A stretch of DNA of 64,000 bases from an uncultured cyanobacterium (GTDB lineage: Bacteria > Cyanobacteriota > Cyanobacteriia > Leptolyngbyales > Leptolyngbyaceae). The stretch is taken from positions 190,342 to 254,341 of the forward strand of contig CAVYAN010000072.1 of assembly GCA_963766075.1 (NCBI GenBank), read 5' to 3'. Below, piece by piece: positions 32,066-39,718 of this stretch. The notes below the pieces were generated by a model. The model was not told the origin of the DNA. It ran no database searches and worked only from the letters and a program-made list of their open reading frames with translations. Positions within the stretch are counted from its first letter, which is position 1, and each line of letters opens with the position of its first letter. The position numbers were made by a program, and so were the translations under genes.

Positions 32066-32132
32066 GCGGTTCGCCTCGGGCTTAACCGAAGCCTAGAAAG
32101 CCACCCTCAAAGCCCTGGGAGCGGTAGAGAAT
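32066..32132 (+). repeat. Gene-tail repeat copy 5 (degenerate: internal deletion and in-frame TAG)
   Basis: GCGGTTCGCCTC-GGGCTTAACCGAAGCCTAGAAAGCCACCCTCAAAGCCCTGGGAGCGGTAGAGAAT. Confidence 0.9.
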
Positions 32133-32177
32133 TAAAAATTAAAAAATGTAAAACTAAAAATGGAGTAAGGAGAACAT

Positions 32178-32417
32178 ATGCAATCAGCATTACGGATTAC
32201 AACAACAGTTCTTTCAGGAGGCAAAATAGAACTTCAACTGCCGCTCGAATCAGTGGGTGATGAAGTTGAAGTCTTTGTCGTGTTGCCTGAAAAACCGCAA
32301 CCGCAGAAACGCTCCATTCTGGAGTTCTTTGCAGACGTTCACCGGCAAGGGCCATTCCGAACACCCGACGAAATTGATCGGGACATCCAGATGGAGAAAG
32401 ATGCATGGGACAACTAA
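32178..32417 (+). CDS. Antitoxin (beta-rich N-terminus, AbrB-like), cassette 5
   Basis: 79 aa, TTVLSGGKIEL..GDEVEVFVV, ending EKDAWDN; overlaps the PIN pseudogene. Confidence 0.7.
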   Translation: MQSALRITTTVLSGGKIELQLPLESVGDEVEVFVVLPEKPQPQKRSILEFFADVHRQGPFRTPDEIDRDIQMEKDAWDN

Positions 32418-32688
32418 GCATCCCTGACGGCGCAACCCTCTACCTGGATACAGCCCCGATCATCTACAGCAGTTTCTATCCTCACGGATTACCCTTTTTC
32501 CAGTTCATGATTCTATCCTGAGATTAGCGGCGCAACTCCGAGCCACAAACAGCCTCAAAACTCCCGATGCGATTCATGCAGCGACGGCGCTCAATGTCGG
32601 TTGTACCCAATTTCTGACCAACGATGCGGGTTTACGAACTATTCCAGGATTATCAGTGGTGGTTCTGAAGGATGTGTTGAATGCTTAA
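32405..32688 (+). pseudogene. vapC: VapC/PIN toxin pseudogene with internal deletion, cassette 5
   Basis: MGQLSIPDGATLYLDTAPIIYS is joined out of frame to ...LRATNSLKTPDAIHAATALNVGCTQFLTND...; the middle is missing relative to 31619-32062. Confidence 0.85.
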
Positions 32689-32690
32689 AT

Positions 32691-32785
32691 GCGATCGCCC
32701 CTAGGTCAGCATGAACAACACGGTCATCAAAGGCTCAAACAAAACAGAGAAAGCCACACTCAAAACTCTGGGAGCGGTGGAGAAT
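32691..32785 (+). repeat. Gene-tail repeat copy 6 (most diverged, starts at HIP1)
   Basis: GCGATCGCCCCTAGGTCAGCATGAACAACACGGTCATCAAAGGCTCAAACAAAACAGAGAAAGCCACACTCAAAACTCTGGGAGCGGTGGAGAAT. Confidence 0.9.
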
Positions 32786-33060
32786 GTAAAATTAAAAATG
32801 GAGAATATACCCATGAGTTCGTCAGTTCCAATGGCAAAAGCTCGGGCCCACCAATATCTCACCCATCACACAGCATTCCAGTTCAATGGATAACCATCCT
32901 TACATTTCCCAAGACCCGCGCCGACTGCGTCACCTTTGCAGACTCTGAATAATCCGCCAACCATCCAAGCCTTAAATTTTCTAACAGTCCGTGACAAAAC
33001 CCGACCGATGCCGCCATCACCCGATACGATCGCGGAGACAGACGCAGGGAGCGGCGGGAT

Positions 33061-34686
33061 ATGGATCGGGATATGGGCAAGATGTGTGCGGACATTCTGG
33101 GGCAGTTTGCCCAATTGCAGGCAGCGTTACGCGATCGCTGGCGCACATCCGCCAACTTCGACGACAGTACCGCCGACATTGTCATTGTGCCCTCCCTCAG
33201 CTTGGATCAGCGGGAAATGATGAAGGTGGCGGGGGCCAACCACTACGAGGAACGGCTGCTGTTTTCATTGATTCGGCTGCGGCATCCACACACGCGCTTG
33301 GTGTACATCACCTCCCAGCCCCTGCATCCCAGTGTGATTGATTACTACTTGCAATTGCTGCCGGGGATTCCCTTCTCCCACGCCCGCGATCGCCTGCTGC
33401 TGCTGTCCACCTATGATTCCTCCCTAACGCCCCTCAGTCAAAAGATCCTAGATCGCCCCCGGTTGATCGAACGGATTCGGCAAGCAGTTCAGCCCCAACG
33501 GGCCTATATGATTTGCTACAATTCCACCCCTGCCGAGCGCGAACTGGCCGTGAAGTTGGACATTCCCCTATTTGCCCTTGATCCCGCTCTGCTAAGGTGG
33601 GGCACGAAAGCAGGCAGTCGCCAAATTTTTGCCGAGGCCAGAATTCCCCATCCCGATGGCAGTCCAGAAGTGTGGAATGTGGAGGATCTCGTCTCGGCCA
33701 CGGCGGATCTGTGGGAGCGCCAGCCAACACTAAACCGCATGGTGGTGAAGCTGAACGAGGGATTTTCTGGAGAGGGCAACGCGCTGCTGGATTTGCGCCC
33801 AATCCGAGATGTGGCTCCAGGATGGGCGACACGGGCAGTGCGGCTGGAATGCTTGCGATCGCGCCTGCATCACCTGCAATTTGAAGCTCAGGGTGAAACC
33901 TGGGCCAACTTCAGCAGTCGGATTCCGGAAATGGGCGCGATTGTGGAACTGTTTATTGAGGGGCAGGAAAAGCGATCGCCCAGTGTGCAGGGCCGAATTA
34001 CCCCCCTCGGCGAGGTCGAAATTCTCTCCACCCATGACCAAATCCTAGGGGGTCCCAGTGGCCAGATTTACCTGGGCTGTAACTTCCCCGCCGATGAAGC
34101 CTATCGCCTCAGCTTGCAGGAGTTGGGCCTACGGGTAGGGCGCAAATTGGCAGAAAAGGGAGCAATCGAGCGGTTTGGCGTAGATTTTGTCGCCGTTCGG
34201 CGGGGAGATGGGTCAGGGCAAGCAGAAGGTCAGGGAGAATGGGATTTACAAGCGATCGAAATTAACCTGCGCAAGGGCGGCACCACCCACCCGTTCATGA
34301 CCCTGAAATTTCTCACCAATGGCCGCTATGAAACCGCCAGCGGCATGTTTTACAGCCAGCAAGGACGGGCAAAATACTACATCGCCACCGATAATCTGCA
34401 AAAAGACCAATATCGCGGCCTGCTGCCCAATGATCTGATGGACATCATCACCCAGCATCGCCTCCACTTTGATACCAGTACAGAAACCGGCATGGTGTTT
34501 CACCTGATGGGCTGCCTCTCCGAGTTTGGCAAGGTAGGCGTCACTAGTATTGGCAACTCACCACAACAGGCGGAAGAAATCTATCGTAAGCTCGTGCGGG
34601 CGCTGGATGAGGAAACCAAGATCGATCCGGCGGAAAGTTACGCCAACTCCATCAGTGCTTTGCCCATGGGCTGGTGCGCCAAGTGA
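33061..34686 (+). CDS. ATP-grasp peptide ligase PGM1-related protein
   Basis: HYEERLLF, VVKLNEGFSGEGN, SPSVQ, GVDF, EINLRKGGTTHP. Confidence 0.85.
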   Translation: MDRDMGKMCADILGQFAQLQAALRDRWRTSANFDDSTADIVIVPSLSLDQREMMKVAGANHYEERLLFSLIRLRHPHTRLVYITSQPLHPSVIDYYLQLLPGIPFSHARDRLLLLSTYDSSLTPLSQKILDRPRLIERIRQAVQPQRAYMICYNSTPAERELAVKLDIPLFALDPALLRWGTKAGSRQIFAEARIPHPDGSPEVWNVEDLVSATADLWERQPTLNRMVVKLNEGFSGEGNALLDLRPIRDVAPGWATRAVRLECLRSRLHHLQFEAQGETWANFSSRIPEMGAIVELFIEGQEKRSPSVQGRITPLGEVEILSTHDQILGGPSGQIYLGCNFPADEAYRLSLQELGLRVGRKLAEKGAIERFGVDFVAVRRGDGSGQAEGQGEWDLQAIEINLRKGGTTHPFMTLKFLTNGRYETASGMFYSQQGRAKYYIATDNLQKDQYRGLLPNDLMDIITQHRLHFDTSTETGMVFHLMGCLSEFGKVGVTSIGNSPQQAEEIYRKLVRALDEETKIDPAESYANSISALPMGWCAK

Positions 34687-34767
34687 GTCGCCAAGACTCT
34701 CGGGCATCAGAAACGGCCTGGGTAGGCGAAAACCGCCCCGACAATTCACCGCAACGGCGGCAATCGC

Positions 34768-35586
34768 TTAGCCCTGAACCTGATCGGGATCAATGCCGAG
34801 CGATCGCAGGCGATCCGCCAATCGTTCGGCCCGTTGCCGTTCCTGCTCGGCGGCCGTTGCCGTTCCTGTTCGGCTTGCTGCTGCGCTTGTTCGGCCTGCT
34901 GCTGCGCCGAGATCGCTTGTTCCGTTGGTGTCGCTAACCAGTTCCCCGCTGCATCGTACCAGCGCAACCATTGGCCTTCAACCCCGCCATAACAGCCCGA
35001 CCACACGCCCAAACCCAACTGGAGTTCCACAAACCAATAGCGCTGATGGTCCAGCGCCACTTCTTCATAGCGCGTGGCCACTAACCGAAACAAGCGAAAC
35101 TGACAACGTATAGCGATCGAACACCACATAGTAGGGGATCCGCAAAATCTGCTCATACACTTGCCATTTGGTCGGTGGCTGATTCACTTCCCGCAGGGTT
35201 TGGCCCAAATCCTCCGCTTCGGTACCTGGAGAGAGCAACTCCACCACTAAAAATGGGTTCACCGTCTCCTGCCACGTCACATAGCTCAAGCGCAAATCGC
35301 TTTGCTGTGAGCCAGAGGCTACCCCCAGTACCAAGAACCAGTCTGGACGCTTGTACCACCGAGTTTGGTAAGCATCATAATAGAGATTTAAATCGGTTGC
35401 CGTTAAGACAATATCCGCTGGACAGATCGGCGAACGAAAGGTCTCATCGAGTAGCCGGGGTTGGCTCAGGTGGAAGAGATCGGGCAAACCGGGATCCTCG
35501 GGGTCTTCGCTGGGCAAGTCGTACATAGTGGGCAAGGCGGCGGCAGACGGGAGCGGTACCTTGCGGGGATAAATGGGTTGGTACAT
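34768..35586 (-). CDS. Uma2 family endonuclease with C-terminal coiled repeat (frameshifted)
   Basis: LPTMYDLPSEDPEDPGLPD, PDWF, VVELLSPGT; tail AEQERQRAERLADRLRSLGIDPD lies in another frame. Confidence 0.85.
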
Positions 35587-35853
35587 AGCAACTGATGATC
35601 GCCTGAGTATTGGGAATGAAAACATGGGCCTTTCATCAGATTCATTATAGATGAATTGTCCTAGCTGTCTTTCTAGTGCTGCCTGGGCGGTGCCGATTTC
35701 AATATCACTCGCGATTCTAAACACGCATATCCCTAGTCGCGATCGCCCAGACTCCACCGCACGCAGATCACTGCTACCCGGAACGTGCTATAGATGTGAA
35801 ATTCTGTTGGAATGCCCGATCGGGATTCCGGCCTGAGCATCAAGGAAATTGCG

Positions 35854-37332
35854 ATGATTGCTACCGCCCCTGCCCTGCCCGAACTGTGCGATCGCCTGCC
35901 CAACTTCTGTGGCTGGGATGCCGAAATTGCCGCTGCCCTAGATCCTGACAAACCTGTTTTTCTAGACCACACCAACCTGAAACTGGAAAATATTACGGCG
36001 GGGTTTGCCTGTGCGCTGCATATGCATCAACCGACGATTCCCGCCGGGGCCAATGGCGCACTAATCGGCAATTTGCAGCACATGTTCGAGCATCCCGGCG
36101 AGGGCGACAACCACAACGCCAGCGTCTTTGCCGAGTGTTACGCCCGCATGGGCCACATCATTCCCGACTTGGTGGCCCAGGGCTGTAATCCGCGCATCAT
36201 GCTGGACTATTCTGGCAACCTGCTCTGGAGCCTGCGCCAAATGGGCCGGGACGACATTCTAAATAGCCTGAAGCGCATCACCTGTGAGCTGCAGTATCAG
36301 CCCTATGTGGAATGGTTGGGCACGCTGTGGAGTCATGCGGTGGTTCCTTCCACGCCAATTCCGGATATTAAGCTGCACATGCAGGCATGGCGACATCACT
36401 TCGCCGCGATTTTCGGCGTCGAGGCGTTGCAGCGGGTGCGGGGCTTTTCGCCGCCGGAAATGCATCTGCCGAACCATCCCGATACGCTGTACGAATATGT
36501 CAAGGCCCTGCGGGAATGCGGCTATCGCTGGCTGCTGATCCAGGAACATGCGATCGCAACACTAGACGGTTCCCCATTGCCCCAGGATCAAAAGTATGTG
36601 CCGAATCGGCTGATTGCCCGCAATTCTCGGGGGGAAACGCTGAGTATCCTGGCTTTGATTAAAACCCAAGGGTCGGATACCAAGCTGGTGGCCCAAATGC
36701 AGCCCTATGCCGAAGCCAAGAGTCGGAGTCATCAGCGCCAACATCTGGGTCACATGGCTGTACCTTCCTGTGTTACCCAAATTGCGGATGGGGAAAATGG
36801 CGGCGTGATGATGAATGAGTTTCCTCGGGACTTTCCCCGGCCTTGGCAAGAACTGCGAGGACAAGCCACAGGCGTCGTCGGGTTTAACGGCACAGAATAT
36901 ATTGAACTCTTAGAAGCTGCCGGGGTGAAGGAATCAGATTACCCCACCTGTCAAGCGGTCAATCAACATCGGATTTGGCAACGGGTGAGCCCAGAGAATG
37001 CTACGCCGGAAGCTGTGCAAAGGGCCATTCAAGAGTTACAGCAAACGGATCCCTCGTTCCACATGGATGGGGCGTCCTGGACGAATGATTTAAGCTGGGT
37101 GCGGGGCTATGAAAATGTTCTAGAGCCGATGAACCAACTGAGTGCGCTGTTCCATGGGAAATATGATGCTTTGGTGCAACAGGATCCGACGGTGACGCAG
37201 CGATCGCCCTATCGAGAAGCTCTGCTGTACAACCTGTTGGTGCAAACCAGTTGCTTCCGTTACTGGGGGCAGGGGACTTGGACGGAGTATGCGCGGGAGT
37301 TGTATCGGCGAGGGTTGGCGCTGGTGAGCTAA
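35854..37332 (+). CDS. Glycosyl hydrolase family 57-like protein
   Basis: LHMHQP, FSPPEM, DGENGG, TSCFRYWG. Confidence 0.8.
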   Translation: MIATAPALPELCDRLPNFCGWDAEIAAALDPDKPVFLDHTNLKLENITAGFACALHMHQPTIPAGANGALIGNLQHMFEHPGEGDNHNASVFAECYARMGHIIPDLVAQGCNPRIMLDYSGNLLWSLRQMGRDDILNSLKRITCELQYQPYVEWLGTLWSHAVVPSTPIPDIKLHMQAWRHHFAAIFGVEALQRVRGFSPPEMHLPNHPDTLYEYVKALRECGYRWLLIQEHAIATLDGSPLPQDQKYVPNRLIARNSRGETLSILALIKTQGSDTKLVAQMQPYAEAKSRSHQRQHLGHMAVPSCVTQIADGENGGVMMNEFPRDFPRPWQELRGQATGVVGFNGTEYIELLEAAGVKESDYPTCQAVNQHRIWQRVSPENATPEAVQRAIQELQQTDPSFHMDGASWTNDLSWVRGYENVLEPMNQLSALFHGKYDALVQQDPTVTQRSPYREALLYNLLVQTSCFRYWGQGTWTEYARELYRRGLALVS

Positions 37333-37443
37333 TTCGGCCTGCGAGTTTTGCCGAGGTGGCGGGTGCAAGGGGAGGCGGTTTTTGGAAAAAATCGGCTCCT
37401 CGGTTGCATTGCGCTAGGACTTTCCTGTACTATTTTGCGTCAA

Positions 37444-37635
37444 GGTTGGTGTTTCGGTGTAAGCCCCCGCCAACCCCAAGGCCAAAAACCATAGTCTTAA
37501 ACGCGATCGCCCAGTGTTACGAGCACTGAGCGATCGCTGAACCCCCACGCTGATCAGTCCAGCATGGCAGCTTGTTGTATTTTACAAGCCACCCTGCCGA
37601 CGCGCACCAGGGGTGGCTTTGGTTTTTGGTTTTCC
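37444..37635 (+). promoter_or_regulatory. Highly structured leader (several hairpins, terminator-like stem plus U-tract); candidate cis-regulatory RNA
   Basis: Stems at 37444-37475, 37503-37537, 37570-37589 and 37586-37618; long-range pairing 37480-37491 with 37619-37631. Confidence 0.45.
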
Positions 37636-37671
37636 TACCCCACTTCCACAGGTACCCAGGAGAACCAAACC

Positions 37672-37884
37672 ATGAATATGTCTAACCCGAACCGCGACGC
37701 AGCGGTTCACAGTTCCGATTGGGTGAATATCACCCTCAGCGGTCAGGCCCACGCGGTGGAGGCGATGATCCATCTGCTGCATCGGCTGAATGTGATTGCG
37801 GCCAGTGAATGGAGTCCGCCCGTGGCGCTGCGGAACTCGCCGATCGTGATGCGGGTGGCAGCGCGGGGGATGCGCAGCCAGTAA
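37672..37884 (+). CDS. Small hypothetical protein (70 aa)
   Basis: AGGAG RBS at ~37658; LSG...AV..IH.LH......EWSP pattern, recalled from small cyanobacterial proteins. Confidence 0.65.
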   Translation: MNMSNPNRDAAVHSSDWVNITLSGQAHAVEAMIHLLHRLNVIAASEWSPPVALRNSPIVMRVAARGMRSQ

Positions 37885-37914
37885 ACCCCCTGCGCTAGGA
37901 TCTTCTCTGCTCCC

Positions 37915-37989
37915 AGATCCCTGGGTTTTTGAAAAACCCAGGGATCTTGAAGTCCCTAGATCTCGGGTTTTTCAAACGTCCTGGGTTCT
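37915..37989. repeat. REP-like palindrome and degenerate second copy
   Basis: AGATCCCTGGGTTTTT-G-AAAAACCCAGGGATCT (37915-37947), then AGATCTCGGGTTTTTCAAACGTCCTGGGTTCT; related copy at 48583-48616. Confidence 0.75.
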
Positions 37990-38089
37990 GGGCCCTTTAA
38001 ACGCTGGGCGATCGCCGACGTCATCTTGCCGTCTTCCGCAAAGATAGACCACAGTGGATTCTGGCATGCGTGACGAGGGACTTTGATTT

Positions 38090-38439
38090 TTACAGAGGTA
38101 AATACAGCACAACGCCTTTCCACTCTGCTTGTGTACTACAATCAATCAGTAGCAACAACTCATCAATGGCCTGTCGAATTGGCATTCGATCATTGACCAC
38201 AAACATACCTGCCATCGGTTCTTTTGCAACCAAACGGTTGTAAGCAAAATCTGGCATTGTGGCACGATCATGAGTGAGAAGAATACGCTCGTTAGTTGCT
38301 GCCCAAGCTAAGATTGCTGGATCATCGACTTCTCGCAAACCAACATCTTGAACCCGAAGGAGATCAAGATGAGGCTGACGCAAAAATAGCCCTCGAAAAT
38401 ATCGCCATTAAAATTCTCATCACTTAACAACCTCAACAT
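38090..38439 (-). CDS. DUF5615 family PIN-like toxin (1-nt frameshift ~38398)
   Basis: MLRLLSDENFNGDI at 38439 continues into ...DDPAILAWAA..ERILLTHD. Confidence 0.8.
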
Positions 38440-38447
38440 AACCGTTA

Positions 38448-38777
38448 CTACCGATTTTGCTGAGCGCGTAAACGAGTCCGAATTAAGCTGAGATCCGGTT
38501 GAATATGAGACAAACGTTGTTGTACGGATTCAACGAACTGCTCTCTCTGATTCAAGTAGGTTTCTACAGCCTCTTGGTGTCGAAGATAATAACCAATTGT
38601 GTTGTAGACATCGGACAAAGAGAGTGTCGAATACCGATGAACAATGGACTCAGGAGATGCCCCATCTTGAAACGCTCGAATCACTGTCTCCAACAAGACC
38701 CTTGAATTTCCAACTCGAATGGCTCCGGTCTCATCTTTTCGGAGAGGCGGTGTCTCACGTTCTAAAACAAGGCTCAT
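38448..38777 (-). CDS. DUF433 family antitoxin
   Basis: IRVGNSRVLLETVI..FQDGASPESI...Y.TLSLSDVY. Confidence 0.85.
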   Translation of the reverse strand: MSLVLERETPPLRKDETGAIRVGNSRVLLETVIRAFQDGASPESIVHRYSTLSLSDVYNTIGYYLRHQEAVETYLNQREQFVESVQQRLSHIQPDLSLIRTRLRAQQNR

Positions 38778-38933
38778 AGAGTATTTCCCTAGATCCAGTA
38801 CATGCCTCATTATAAGGGCGATCGCCCCATCGCCGAGGGGTTAAGGATGGGCGGTAGGGTGGGCCGATTGACTGGGCGATCGCAAAGCCCTGGCAGCGTT
38901 TCGCATGATAATTGCAAGTGGGCGGAATCAACC

Positions 38934-39266
38934 TTAGTGCAGCGTGAGAACACCGATGGTCGGGTCTTGGGCAAGTTGTTGAATCAAGCGGGTTGCGGAT
39001 TGCAAAATCTGTGCGATTTCTTGGGTGGTGCAGTTGCCACGGCGGATCCAAATTACTTTCGGCGGAAAGCCCCGAATGAGACTGAGATCGTTGTAGTCTG
39101 AATCTCTGGTGACGATGATGAAATCGTTGCGCCCAGCATAGTCCCAGATCTGCCGATCATCGGATTGATCCATACTGAGCAGAAAAACGTGTTGAGACTG
39201 GGGATGATCGGCAGCCAGGAGATGAACGAGACGCGGCGAGAGATTATGGTCAAATAGCAGTTTCAT
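38934..39266 (-). CDS. DUF5615 family PIN-like toxin
   Basis: MKLLFDHNLSP, DDRQIWDYA, IVTRDSDY, PPKVIWIRRGN. Confidence 0.88.
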   Translation of the reverse strand: MKLLFDHNLSPRLVHLLAADHPQSQHVFLLSMDQSDDRQIWDYAGRNDFIIVTRDSDYNDLSLIRGFPPKVIWIRRGNCTTQEIAQILQSATRLIQQLAQDPTIGVLTLH

Positions 39267-39487
39267 GCAGCAATGGTCAGGGTCTTCTGTTCGCGGTCTG
39301 CGGCATAGGCGAGACAGGCAAGAACATCAGCCTGGGTGAGGTAGGGGAAGTCTTCGAGGATTTCTGCGGTGGTCATACCGGCAGCGAGGTAGGAGAGCAC
39401 ATCATAAACAGTGATGCGCATGCCGCGAATGCAGGGTTTGCCGCTACGTTTGCCAGGTTCTAGGGTGATGATGTCTTGGTAGTTCAT
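39263..39487 (-). CDS. DUF433 family antitoxin
   Basis: PGKRSGKPCIRGMRITVYDVL, EILEDFPYLT. Confidence 0.92.
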   Translation of the reverse strand: MNYQDIITLEPGKRSGKPCIRGMRITVYDVLSYLAAGMTTAEILEDFPYLTQADVLACLAYAADREQKTLTIAA

Positions 39488-39718
39488 GGTGTTGGCTGGG
39501 GGTGGGGCGCAGGCTGGAGCTGTGCAGTTTTGAGTACGCAGCGATCGCCCCTCATTGTAGCAAGTGTATCGTTAGGTGCAGGACGATCGCGCCGCGCTCT
39601 TGATTTCGTCGGCGATCGCCCAGTCATCTTGCCGTCTTGCATAGGATCGGTGGAGGTGGGAGATCGCGCGACGGGGAGATCGCAAGATACACTGAGATAA
39701 AATCGCTCCCATCTCGCC

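Noticed and set aside
29491..32785. Repeat array as a CRISPR array or classical integron
   Set aside because: Repeats are ~90-bp protein-coding tails, spacers are 450-720-bp gene pairs, and there are no cas genes, intI or attC-type palindromes.
33061..34686. PGM1-like ligase as part of a RiPP/peptide cluster using the tail peptides
   Set aside because: No precursor, transporter or tailoring genes are linked; adjacency alone is insufficient.
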